A stretch of DNA of 64,000 nt from Takakia lepidozioides (GCA_030704615.1 CM060732.1:41540001-41604000), one strand, 5' to 3'. Positions 1 to 11,663 are shown, counted from the stretch's first letter. Notes: generated from the letters alone by a model not told the origin. Made by a program: numbers and translations.

Positions 1-432
1 GCAAGGTAGACCAGCCCAGAGAGGACGAGGTGGCCGGGCACGAGGTGCAGGCCAAGGGCAAGCTCAACATGGCCAAGGACGCGGAGGTCAGGGTGTTGAC
101 CAAGGCATGGCCAACCGGCTTCAGCAGCTAGAGCAGAGGCTCGTTGCCATGGCTACAGCTCAGGTGGTACCGGCTCCCAAGCAGGATGGTCCACCTCCTG
201 CTCCTGAGGGAGGAGATATGGGAGGCATGGGATTCATGTGCGGAGCAGCACTACCACTAGAGCAGGTGGAGTCTGCTGCAGTCGTGACTCGAGGAGCAGC
301 ACGAGTTCCTGAGCCACGAGGTGCAGAGGTGGAATTGGATCCACAGCGTGGGGAGGCAAGCCGTCAGGCGAGGCTTCCTCAATCATTCACATTGGCGGAG
401 ACAGTGTCGACGCCATCCATGGCACCTAGTTC
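1..432 (+). mobile_element. Probable Ty3/Gypsy gag-to-protease linker fragment, truncated
   Basis: Open Ala/Gln/Pro/Gly-rich frame (…RLQQLEQRLVAMATAQ…SAAVVTRGAAR…). The 'AVVTRG/R' segment is typical of the pre-protease region of Gypsy polyproteins. No catalytic motif is visible. Confidence 0.35.
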
Positions 433-829
433 TCGCCCTGGGGGGTGCACTCCTCATTAAATGTACCAGCCACGTGCGTGCACAGGAGGGGGTATTTTAA
501 ACCCCCCATGTACAACATTATACATACAGAGGGGGGTTTAAAACACCTTAAATATAATTTTACAGGAGGGGGTTGTTGTATTTCAAGGGGTAGTGTAGTG
601 GTAAGAAAGACGTTTTGGCCGCGATGCACCGCGGGATCAAATCGCGGGATCATCTCTTTGTTTGATTTTGTTTTTGTTTTTGTTTTTTTCTCTCCGCGAT
701 CTTTCTCCCCTTCCCTCCCGCCGCTTTCTCTTTTCCCTCTCCTCCTCTCATCTCCTCTCCACTCCTCTCCCACGTTCGCCTTCCCTTCCACGGGCTTTCT
801 CTTCTCCCTCCTCTCCTCTCCCCTCCTCT

Positions 830-2350
830 CCACAGGGCATGGTATTCTTCCTGATGTTTACAAGGTTTAGGGGAGAGTTTAGGGAAGCGATCCTTTTGGG
901 TTGATGGGAGGGCAAATCCTCCATGGGTCATGACACAAGGTCAAGGACAATGTGGTGAGGGCACCTTCTTCTTCGACCTATTTCAGCCTGTCTTGCCCTC
1001 TCAACAGAGTCGGCCCTGAATTTGCAGCACTGAGCAGACCTGGCATGAGGGACAACTGCAATTGCAAGGTGTGGCGTTTTCTTAAGGTACGATGTGAAGA
1101 TTTTTTTCTGTCTGGAATGTTGATGGAGAACCGAATCTTGGTTGTGTAAAACTCATCAGGGTTACAGCTCATGCGGGACGGACACAGAGAGGAAGCCTCT
1201 TTCACAAACTCCTGAGAGATGAAGGCTCCAGGTGAAAGCTCTCCCAACAATCGTGCACACTGAGCATTGACAGACTCTTTGGGCATGCATGCAGGTGCAA
1301 CCCTAGGCCGATGGGGTAATTGCAGGGCCCAGTTCACAACTGAAAGATTTCGATATGATGAATGAGGGGCTGGATTTTTATCAAAACTGATTAAGCGGTG
1401 CATTAAGGGCCAGCCAAGGTGCAAGCATTCCTCTGCAGATCCTGGGGCAGAGTCTGCCGAATCATCTCCTGGCAAATTGTCTAAAGACCTGCTTTTGCGG
1501 GCTCTTGCCTCCTGTTAGTACCTGATTTGGTATTCTTCCAGATGTTTACAAGGTTCTTGGGAGAGTCAGCTTGTTCTAAGCAGGCCGTGCTCAGCTGCAC
1601 CGTGGTGGTTCTCACTGACCAATCCGTCGTTACCTGACTACAGACAAGTATGCACACACAAGAGGTCCTCTTTTGATCTCAGTCCAAACCAGGAAGTGGT
1701 CAGAGGTACCAATATCAGTTTTGTCGATCAACACATTGGCACACTGGGGGAACAAATTTTTGTCCATTATGATATAGTCCACAATGGAACGTTTAGGGTT
1801 TGGGATTTCTGACGAGTCCATTGCACTTGGTCACCTACAGTTGAAGTCCTTGCCCTTGGTTGTCTTCCTAGAGCGCGCCCCATTGAATCACCAATGTGTA
1901 AGACCGCTCTCCAGCCAGTCAAGGGACAAACTTCTTTGAGATTGAATTGATGTGGGACTCTATTAGAAGCACTTTTGGTCATTGCAACCTTCAACGTACA
2001 CCTGTTATCAATGAGAGAACCCCGGACAGTGTATCAGAAAATGAATACTGTCTTCAGATTGCAGTAGCGGCACAATTGATAAAATCAGGCACTGCTGATG
2101 AAGGCACCTTCTTCAACACATTTCACCCTGTTTTCCCCTCCTATCAGAATCGGCCCTAAATTTTCATGTTGAATTATGCAAGTTAGCTGGTCGAGTGAAT
2201 CTAGGATAGTTTGGACTGACTTTGACATAATACTGCCAATGTGACAATAGGAAAAGTATCAAGAAACAGGTAACAAAGACGAGGAGAAGTTGTGGAATGA
2301 ATATTTTTCCGACCCCAGACAATGGTGGGACAACCGAGGCAAAAAGGTGA
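830..2350 (+). pseudogene. Fragmented exons encoding OSB-type 'PDF' motifs, copy A
   Basis: EEKLWNEYFSDPRQWWDNRGKK (2281-2347) ends at an AAG|GTGAAT donor, and …FWVDG.ANPPWV lies at ~895-930. Together these match the two halves of the organellar SSB (OSB) PDF motif (LW..F...P..WWDNR..K…LW.D…PPWV). Nearly the same DNA recurs at 27250-28780. Confidence 0.55.
1672..2055 (-). mobile_element. LINE AP-endonuclease fragment
   Basis: KRSIVDYIIMDKNL…DIGTSDHFLVWTEI carries the C-terminal S.IDY…SDH motifs of LINE endonucleases. It interrupts the PDF-motif repeat, which has no such insert in copy B. Confidence 0.65.
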
Positions 2351-2359
2351 ATGCCTATC

Positions 2360-4110
2360 AGATTACCAGATGTCATTCTGAACACTGCCCCTGCCCTGGT
2401 GGACATGTAGCCAAATGTGGGTGCAGCGAGGATAAGGGACCAGTGTTCAACTCTATGGCTGAACGAGATGTGGTGTTGTGGAGTGCGATGCTTGCAGGGT
2501 ATGCACAGCAGGGGCACGGGATGGAGGCTTTGGAGACCTATGAGCAAATGATGGGGGAAGGGGTGAAGCCTAACCACATCACAAGGCATTTCACCAGATT
2601 CAGATATGTATGTCTGTCTCTTGCCAAGATGGAAGGTCTGGAACAGTGTTGGACATGTATATGCACTGGTATTAGATACCAGACCAGTCTGGTATCATTT
2701 GGGACTTGGTCAGATACCAGACCAGGCTGGTATCAGTTCTTTCATACCAGCCACAATACCGGTACTCCCCCATCGTCTTCCTCATTTACTCTGGTATGTA
2801 TACTGAATTAATTTATGTGTACATATGCCTATATATTCGTACTTATGTATATTTACTTCTTATGTATATTTTATTTGTTTTCACTTGATACTTGCCACTT
2901 GACAAATTTGTAACTCAAGATGGCTTTGGAATGATACCAGAGTTGATATCTCATACCAGCTGGTATTGTGGTCATGATACTCATATTCATACTAGTATCT
3001 GGAAAAAAATACATCCACCATTATAGAGACCAGACTGGTATGAAAGTTTTGTGATACGCCTGGTAACAGGACCAGTCTGGTATGTAAAAAACTTGATACC
3101 AGTCCAACACTGGTCTGGAAGTTGGAAAACAGGTGCATACTCACATCATCCAAAGTGGATTCACGTCAAATGTTTTTCTTCTCAACACCCTTGTCAACAT
3201 GTATGTTATGTACGGGAGCATCATCGATGCTCACCAAGTGTTCAACAGAATGCCTCAACGATCTTTGATCACGTGGAATATAATGTTAACAGGATGCAAT
3301 GCGTGTGCAAGCCTGGGAGCTCTGGAAAAGGGGAAAGAGGTCCATGGTGACCATTGTCAAAGCTGGAATTGTACCAGATGTCATTCTGAACACTCCCCTG
3401 GTGGACATGTATGCCAAATGTGGGTGCATTAAGGATGCGAAGGGAGTTTCCATGGCTGAACGAGATGTGGTGTCATGGAGTGCGATGCTTGTAGGGTATG
3501 CACAGCAGGGACGTGGTATGGAGGCTTTGGAGACCTATGATCAAATGATGGGGGAAGGGGTGAAGCCCGACCACATCATGTTTGTGTACATTTGCAATGC
3601 GTGTGTAAGTCTGTCAGCTTTGGAAAAGGGCAAAGAGGTCCATGGCGACATTGTTAGATTTGCAATTGTATCAAATGTCATTCTGAACAGTACCCTCGTG
3701 GACATGTATGAAGGGAGTGTGCGACGGTATGGCTGAACGAGATGTGCTGTTGTGGAGTGCGATGATTGCAGGATATGCACAGCAAGGGTGCGGGATGGAG
3801 GCTTTGGAGACCTATGAGCAAATGATGTGCGAAGGGGTGAAGCCCGCACTTTGCATTGCATGATGTTGAGGAAGAGCTTAAAGAATCGTCTCTTTGCCAC
3901 CACAATGAGAAGTTGGCCATTGTTTTTGGGCTTATCAACACACCCTCTGGGATGTCTTTAGGGATCATCAAGAATCTTCGGATGTGTGGTGATTGCCACA
4001 CAGCCACCAAATTCATCTCAAAGATAGCTAAGCAAGAGATTGTTGTACGGGATGCAAACCGCTTTCACCACTTCCAAAATGGTGTTTGTTCTTGTGGGGA
4101 GTATTGGTGA
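2360..4110 (+). pseudogene. PLS-class PPR protein with DYW deaminase domain (organellar RNA-editing factor), disrupted
   Basis: Repeated PLS motifs (LVDMYAKCG…A..VF..MAERDVVSWSAMLVGYAQQG.GMEALETYDQMMGEGVKPDHI.FV…NAC.SLGALEKGKEVH). C-terminal [20 protein letters not shown]…[12 protein letters not shown]…[20 protein letters not shown] retains the HxE and CxxC zinc ligands. Several frameshifts, a MITE insertion, and the E2/E+/PG-box region is deleted. Confidence 0.92.
2644..3112. mobile_element. Non-autonomous hAT element (MITE)
   Basis: TIRs CAGTGTTGGAC/GTCCAACACTG with a perfect 8-bp TSD GTCTGGAA (2636-2643, 3113-3120) and many ATACCAG/CTGGTAT subterminal repeats. Removing it restores the PPR reading …MEGLEVGKQVHTHIIQSG. 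Confidence 0.93.
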
Positions 4111-4319
4111 AATGAAATGCTTGTCAACTAATTGAATGTATTGAACTCTGTCAACTGCGAGTCAGGTTGGACTCCAACAGTGGCAGCAAAGGCGCACGAA
4201 ATCTCTTTTTGGAGAGGAATTCTCAACAGTAGGTTTTGAACATAATTGGACCTTGCGAAGGTTGAAACTGTAGAACAAGTTTAGAAACTGTCCTAGTTGA
4301 TGAACAGAGGTGCGGTGAC

Positions 4320-5146
4320 CAGGGATGCCTCGGCGTGAGCTTGGTCACGTGAGCGCGTGACCGCAACTGCGCTCACGCCACGTCACCTTGCGCAAATGCC
4401 ACGTCACGGGGCTCAGTCCACGTCATCACACGTGAAGGCCGCGTCACCACGCGCCCAGAAAGAAGTGGAGTGTATTCCCGCGGATTGGCACCCTTTACCG
4501 CGGAAACAAGCTGGACGACATAATAAAAGGCATTGAATAAAGGATGGATGAATGTACAGTTGGATGATAAACATATGGATGAGTGTGAAAAATGTATGTA
4601 GATGGATGAATGACGGATGGATAAGAGTAAAATGGATGAATGTATAATGGATGTTGAGCAATGACAAAAATTCATGACAGGAAGATGCATGACCAAATCT
4701 TTTGACGAATGCACAACGTATATGAAATGAGTGTGGAAGGTTTGTGGGGTGGATTAAAGAGTACAGAGGATGAATGTACAATGGATGTTGTACAAAGGAA
4801 GCTTTCATGAATGGAGCACGCATGAATACAGTGTAGATGAATGCACAATGGATATGAGAAGAGTCAGGAAGGTTTGTGAGATGGATTCATACATATAGCA
4901 ATTTAAACGAAAGTTGATTCTGTGATTATTATTTGTTCTAAAGGAACAACTACGGTGGAGGAAGGGGATTCAACGTTTTCCAGATAATATGAAAATGAAT
5001 ATTAAAAGAATACAGTTCAGTCTGACTCAGAGTCAGTACAATGTATCCCTCTTCCTCTGCATCTAAGTCTAAGTATTTTAGAACACCGGATCCACGTTGG
5101 ATACACCTACGGCTGGCCACTAAAAAGTCAGGGGATAGGGACTCGG
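4320..5146 (+). repeat. Left arm of 827-bp inverted repeat
   Basis: Reverse complement of 16555-17381. CpG-rich TCACG/CGTGA motifs at the outer end, then GGATGAATG-type repeats. Confidence 0.95.
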
Positions 5147-5344
5147 CTGCGTGAAGTGCCATTGCTTCGGCATAAACAGGAAGCAGAAAATTGGAAAGGG
5201 GCTGTCGAAAACAGACTCGCCAGAAATGACTGTATCTCCTGAAGATCCACCGCTGCCTTTCCTAAAAGACAGCCTGAAAAAGTTATTACTGTAACTTTGA
5301 TGTTATCGAGAAATTGAGTATGACTCCCAAAGAGGGTTTAGCAC

Positions 5345-8300
5345 TTACTCACATGAAAAGTCGTTGTCGACCTGCTTATCTTCGGGATCGTCATCATTTC
5401 GAATTTGAATCCGATCGGTCTGTGTGCCTGAAGTGGAGCCAGACAAAAGGGGGAGGAGCACGGTGTTGTAGAGGTCAGAATCACCCTCCATGCCAAAAAG
5501 GCTTCTTCCGCCTGCCTTGCATACGTGGTAAGTTGCTCCTGCACCAGACATGAGAACATGAACAGTTTGGAGGGGGGATTTAAGCAGATGAAACTGTTGA
5601 AAGGAAACCAATTCGGAAGGGAAACAAACCTGTGGACACAGAAAGATCGACCACCCGTGCAGAGCGGTGGCTGCATGACTCCAGCAGTATTTGCATGAAT
5701 GCTGGTGACTTTTCCTTTGCACCTCTCCAGGGAGTGCCATCTGGTCTCTTCAGAGTCTGACTGGACTGCATGAAGTTGTACAAAATGTCATCGACATGGG
5801 GCTCATAGGGGGGGTTGACGAAACAACCCTGGTCAGAAATCTCAAAGCTGCGGATGGAGGATGATGTCTTTGATGTGCGAATCCTCCGCAGGCAGATCGC
5901 CTCGAACATCCTCGTCTGGCAAAGATAGCAGGTTAGTGTGGTAAACACAATCTATAGTGGAAGTGTGTACATCGGCTATTCAGAACTCTGACACAAAAAA
6001 ATCATGAATCGGTGATGATCGGTGTCGATCATAAAACATTCTACTAGAGTGGAGCTGCAGAGAAAATTGAAACTCATGATCAAAGCACAAGCAGAAGGGA
6101 GACGGCATACCAGCTGACCAGGGAAACCCCCTTTCACAAGGTATAGGCTGTTCACACAATTCCATGTGCGCAAAACTTCAAACCCTGAAGACTTGAGGTA
6201 TGATGCCAATGCCCGACGACTATCATTGTCACATGACTGAAAAAGCAGAAGTGTCCTTGCATCAGAGAGGAAGTTGTTACAGAACCCGAACACCCAACTC
6301 CAGTAGTTGTCCTCGAATTTGTTCCAGCCTGGCGTCTTGCCCTTTGGAAGAACTTCTGGCACAGCCTGGCCATCCGGGATGTCGAGAATGACAATGTCGG
6401 CCGCATAAGTTTTCTGCACACCGCACACGAAGGTGGGACCTGTGCTCACCTGCAACAGACATGTTTTTTATAAGAACGATGACAAGATTGTATTCAAAGA
6501 ACGAGACTGAAATACTGCCAACGAAACTTTCAGAGAAAAAGGAAAGAAACTGGAATTCTCACCAGATTGAGGAATAAGATTATATTGTCCCAGGTAGGGG
6601 ATGGCACCCCAGTGTATCCTCTCTTTCGACTCTGCATCATCGAAAGTCAACCCTCATTAACAATTTTCATCTCTCCTGCTGAATCAGAACGGGAAGGGTG
6701 TGGCTTGGCATCGAACACGCACTGAAGAGTGCGGGTATATCTTCCAGCAGTAAAGTCCTGCCCACTCTCCATCTCCTTTTCATTCTCCTTCCCCTTGTCC
6801 TTTTCCTTCTCTTTGGACTTGTCTTTGTCCTTTGGCTTTGCTGGTGAGATGGCTATGACATCAACAGCCTTGTCTTTTGGTTTGCGGCCCGCCTTCTTTC
6901 CCTTCTGCGGCGTTCCCTGAGCATCAGGCTCCTTGGCAGCCAATGTTGCTATGTTTCGTTGATACTCTTCGTCAGTCAAAGGCGCCAGCATCTCAGCGTT
7001 ATTGTTCAAGTATTTCATATGCTGTTCTTGAAAGGTCGTGTGCTCAGGTGGGCAGTCAAGGTACCACCCACAGTCTCTGAAGTGAGAAGGACTCCAGTCC
7101 TTCAATATCCCTGCAGTATACATGGTTGGATCGTTTGCAGGGTCCGACCACATGTCAAGATAGTCGGGAATTCCGCTCAGGTGATTTCCTTCCATAAGCA
7201 CATATTTCGTGTACCTGAAAAAAGGAGATAAATCCCAATCCACAAAAGCGCTCAGTGAGTAAGATGCAAGTAGAACAGAAAGAATAAAACATAGATTGAA
7301 ATGGCTCTGAGAACTGCTCCAAGGACCTTTCAGGACCACAATACTGCTCCAGATATGAATGTCGTCAACGCCATTCAGAACATTCCATTCAATGATACTG
7401 TAAATACACCCTAATCCAGGTGAATGCAAATTATCGTTTAGAAATGACACTGACATAGAAGTGAATGTCGTCAACGACATTCACTAATGAAGCCAAATTA
7501 TTACTTAAATGAAGCAAAATCACAGGATGGAAATCAAAAAATTGAGTAAGGAACCCTCCAGGCAAACTCAATGCACATTCATAACGAACCTATCACTGAG
7601 GACCTCACAACATCACTGTATGTGAATGGCGTCAACGCCATTCACAAAAATACAAAAAAGAAACCAATTACTTAGCTCCCAATCCATGTAAATTGAATTT
7701 GTCGCTGTTGAATAATACAGACACAGCTGTGAATGTCGTCAACGACATTCACTTTGGATTTCTTAAAACAGAGCTTATCAAGCCTCCACATTCATCGCAA
7801 GAGGCAAAAACAATGCAGAACAACTGAATGTCTGCATTGACATTCAGCAAAATGAAGTGAGGAACCCTCACTGTAACCTCTATGGACATTACAAAAATTT
7901 AAATAACTCTGAGGACCTCTCAACAACTCCGTATGTGAATGTCGTCAACGCCATTCAAGGACATTATCAATTCTAATCAGGGACAATATAATTGCACCCT
8001 TAGATCCTAACCAGGTGAATTCATATACTCCCTTAAGAATGACTTAGACAAAGAAGTGAATGTCGTCAACGACATTCAATCTGGATCTAAGATTGCAATC
8101 CATATGAAGCCACATTTTTTCCCAAAAAAACAGTAGAGTTTCAAGTATGACATTGCACCTGTACACAACTCGCATCATGGCCCACTCTCCTCCCACCTGA
8201 CTGTCAAAGTCGTTGGACCGTAAAATGTTACCATCTTTGGAGAACTCCCGGAAAGAACAGTATCTCCAGGTGAGACCTCTCCACTTCCTTATGTATGCCT

Positions 8301-10812
8301 CCAATGACATTTGGGGAGGGAAAACAATCGCAATGTTCAGGTCCTTCAAAGTCTGATCGAGCACAATGACGGCGCGCTTTTCGAGCTGCAAATAGTATAT
8401 TTGTCAGAATTGCAAAAAAGATACACATCACATACTTGAAGAGAAGAAACAGCATGTTCGAATACACACCTGACTCCAAAATGTAGCCTTGTGGAGCCAG
8501 TTATCAAACACCAAATCACTGATTCCTTCCACCTTTGTGCCAGACTGTATGGTGCTCTTTGGGAACTGATTCAAGTCCTTTACTGTTTGATCTGAGTTCC
8601 ATATCTCCAGCCACCTTATTTTTGTTTGTGGGTCGACCATCGATATGGCCAGCCAGTGCAATTTCTCCTGCTGCATCTCCGGATGCACATGCTTGTCATA
8701 TTGTGTTTTGATCTGCTGAAGGAACTCAGGACCAAGTCCAAGATCTACTATTCTAAGCTGCTTTCCGAAGGCTGACATCAATTTGGTTCTTTGCATTTCA
8801 AACTCCTTCTTTATTGCAGCTTCCACACCCTTTGATATCCTTAGTTCTTCTGGTGTAGTACGGTAATATTCGGATTTTCCCTTCTCAGCTGCCTCTGCCA
8901 GTTCTTGCTGCATTCATTCAAGTAGTGATTAGCTCCGAAGGGACTACAAACATGTATTCGAAAAGTAAACAGATTACAGACTCGGGCTTACCGCATACAT
9001 GTACTCCAGAAACGCCTCTCGTGTCAAAGAATACCAAGTGCCTGCAGCTCTTCCTGTTTCGCACTTCTTGATGATATTGGGTGGTAGTACTGTCCGAAAA
9101 TCATCCAGCTTCATCAGACCAATCCTCTGAATTCGGAATAGTGTGTGAACCAAGCTTGTTGTCACATGCGATTTCTCTGTCGATCTGCAAAAACATTGGA
9201 AACATTGCATTCCTTAACACTGTTTTTTGAGGATTAACAAGACACTACAGAGGGAATGAAATCTCCTGGATGACTTACTTGTTCACGTCGTGCATAGCTG
9301 TAAGAAGCCTAGCGATGTCGTTTCCTGGATCCAAAACCATTGCCTCCACAGCAACATGCTTGTCTTTGTCTTTCGAATGGTGTTTCTGAATGTATCCCAT
9401 CAATGCCAGCAATCGGTGGTTGCCGTCCCAGACGTAGAACATGTGGTTGCAGAATTGTTGGGTGTTCTTTCCCATCATGAGGCCCAGCTCGAACTCCTCA
9501 TTGGCATCTTTCCAGCACTCATCCCAGTTATCACTGATCTCTGGAGACACTAATGTGCTTTTCCCATTTATATCCGTCAGTGACACATAAAAAACTTGTG
9601 CACCAAGTCTATATCCATGCACAAAATCACTTTCCAATTTTGTTATGTCATAGGAAAGAGGTGGACGCACAACAGGCATTGATATCATCCGGCACAGAGG
9701 TATGTCCAGACGCCCTCCAGATACGAGCATGTCCCTTATAACCTCCTGAGAGTTTACCTTCTGGAATGACATGAGTTCTTTCACCTTGTCAAGGTAGTGC
9801 ACTTCGGATTCATCTGCTTCATCTGTATTCTCTGAGCTTTTTGCGGACTCGTCCCATCTCCAGATCCTTTCCCCTCTGATCCTGTAGGCTTCGACCTCAC
9901 AGTTTTCTGCACGATGCCATTCAGTTCTGACTGAGTGATTTGCAAATAGTGAATGGTGGTAACGACCATCACTCTGTATCAAGGAAACTCACCATGAATG
10001 GTGTGAAAGAATTCAGCACAATCTACACATGCAAAGCTGAGATTGCCGTATTCAAAACAAAAGCGAGAGCGATAGCGAACGGCGTTAACGACAATCACAA
10101 AAGATAACGACCTGCCGGATCGGTGTTTGTGTAATGACATACATGTGCAACTGATTGGCGGCAACGACATTCAGTGTAGTTTAGGGAGAATAGTAAGTGC
10201 AGACTCTCTCTTCAAACACATAGGTACATAAATCTCATGAGGAGAATCGAATGGCGTTAACGACGCTCGCAATTCAGTAGTTCCTGCTAAAGAAGGGAAG
10301 AGGAAGGACTCCTTGAAAGGCAATCAGACAGACTATATGATCTGAACACCAGTGAATGACTGTACCGATAGTCACCAACTCATTGTGCTGTAAACCCTTC
10401 GCAGAGGAGTAGAAAGCCCTTTGTGATGGTCGATAGCGACAATCCCCGTCTAGGACATTCCACTCAATCTCTACGCATATCTTCAACATTGAAATGTAAG
10501 TTAGATAAAACTTACTGGCACCTTCTTAGGTTTTGAAATTTGATCCCCTTCTGCAGCTTTCCTCTTCCCTCTCACATCTGCTGGAGTTTCCTGTCTGCGC
10601 AAGGGTTTCTTGACCTTCTCCCGTTCGGCGTTCCGCGTGCTTCCACCTTCTTCAGTGTCCCTGCGAATCATCTCTGCCTCCACAGGCTGGCGCACTCTTA
10701 TCGCCGACTGTGTCGCAGCCGCTGCCTCAGTCTCCGTCTGCTCTTGTGAATCAGTCTCCGCGTTCACCTGCTGCCTTGGCCCTGTGTTCTCCAACAAACG
10801 ACGCCTCGTCAT
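5345..10812 (-). CDS. Multi-exon ParB/Srx-like domain + beta-class amino (N4-cytosine/N6-adenine) DNA methyltransferase fusion; one apparent frameshift near 6650, so possibly a recent pseudogene
   Basis: Deduced exons with phase-compatible GT-AG junctions: 10812-10516, ~9973-9279, 9184-8992, 8907-8470, 8385-8159, 7214-6563, 6439-6111, 5915-5630, 5538-5345. Exon 2 has FYVWDGNHRLLAL (ParB-N/Srx GxxR motif). Exon 7 has ADIVILDIPDG (motif IV, DPPY-like). Exons 8-9 give PWRGAKEKSPAFMQILLESCSHRSARVVDLSVSTG|ATYHVCKAGGRSLFGMEGD, parallel to HPTQKP…LI…S…GD.VLDPF.GSGTT..AA…GR…G.E.D (motifs X, I, II). Catalytic motif before SAM-binding motif indicates beta class. Confidence 0.8.
7355..8079. repeat. Intronic array of seven 24-bp palindromes GTGAATGKCGT-CA-ACGMCATTCAC
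   Basis: Copies start at 7355, 7461, 7622, 7729, 7824 (divergent loop), 7935 and 8056, separated by 71-137 bp of diverged sequence. All lie inside the deduced 944-bp intron 7215-8158. Confidence 0.92.
10075..10446. repeat. Degenerate copies of the same 24-bp palindrome in intron 1
   Basis: GCGAACGGCGTTAACGACAATCAC (10075), CTGATTGGCGGCAACGACATTCAG (10151), TCGAATGGCGTTAACGACGCTCGC (10247) and a weak copy at 10423. Confidence 0.7.
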
Positions 10813-11663
10813 TTTCTCTTTTGCTCTGCGTCTCTCTCTAAGGGAAGTAAAATAAAGAGACTTTCTTCTCTTTCGTATTCTAGAAGGAACCCTCTCCAGC
10901 TTGACTACCACTCTCCCTCTAAGCGCGAAAAGTAGAAAAACGCATGACTCCCGATTTCTTGCGGGATTGCCTGCGTTCTTGCGTGTCTCTAGAAGCAATC
11001 GGATTCCCTCCCTCGTGACCGTTACATATAGTCGTTTCCTTATTAGTGCACATGCCAGCAATTGGTGTACAGCTGTTCGTATTCAGTTTATGGATGTCCT
11101 GACGTGTGCCGCCCAAAAAAAAAACGGCGTGTTCTTTTATTAGAACGGGATTCAATATTTAAAAAATAACAGCGATCCCAGAAATTGATGCGCAGTCCTT
11201 AAAAAAATAATATAAATGAACGAGAGTTTGATGACAAATTTTGGGAATATCATACACGGTCATCCTTGTTAGCCACCCCCACCTTCGTATTCACATTTGG
11301 AACTTTCAGGTGCGCATGATCATTGGTAGTAGTAATAGATACATTTACTTAATCTGCATCACTTCTCAGATCCTGGTGGCATGCTTCCAGGGAAGTCGGC
11401 TTTGTTATTGGTTTATTGATGAGGTTCTGATTAACGGTTTAACAGTTGCCGACCTGCCCCTAGGGATACTCTGACCACTGGGGGCCCACAAGAAAAGTAA
11501 TTAAAATGGACGGCTGCATATCTGGAAAGATAACAAATATGCACAGTCGTTATCTGAGCTTCCATATTCGCTGCTCATTCTTCAACTGTGTTCTGGAGAC
11601 AGCAGGTAAACCGATTTACACTAGATCTGCGATAGCAAGGTACAAACATAGTTCGGGAAGGAA

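Noticed and set aside
426-931. Glu/Arg/Gly-rich or Ser/Leu/Pro-rich ORFs
   Set aside because: Low-complexity CT-rich tract, open in several frames on both strands.
3835-3863. DYW:KP (U-to-C editing) signature from the reading VKPALCIA
   Set aside because: This is a deletion junction between PPR 'GVKP' and the out-of-frame DYW 'HFALHDVEE', and it ends in a stop. It is not a genuine KPAxAxIE box.
4311-4321. Target-site duplication for the 13-kb inverted-repeat element
   Set aside because: The left flank (TGCGGTGAC) and right flank (TGATTTGTT) do not match at 8-11 bp, so the superfamily cannot be fixed from a TSD.
4373-4823. His/Ser/Ile-rich ORFs here and at 16813-17328
   Set aside because: Translations of CATCCAT/GGATGAAT repeats in the inverted-repeat arms, with no protein-like features.
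7355-8079. CRISPR array (palindromic 24-bp repeats with spacers)
   Set aside because: Spacers are 71-137 bp, variable in length and partly homologous to each other. The array lies in a spliceosomal intron and no cas genes are present. Kept as a putative binding-site array.
5345-10812. Bacterial contamination as the source of the ParB-MTase
   Set aside because: The gene is split by eight phase-consistent GT-AG introns and is contiguous, with no gap, with plant PPR sequence on its left.
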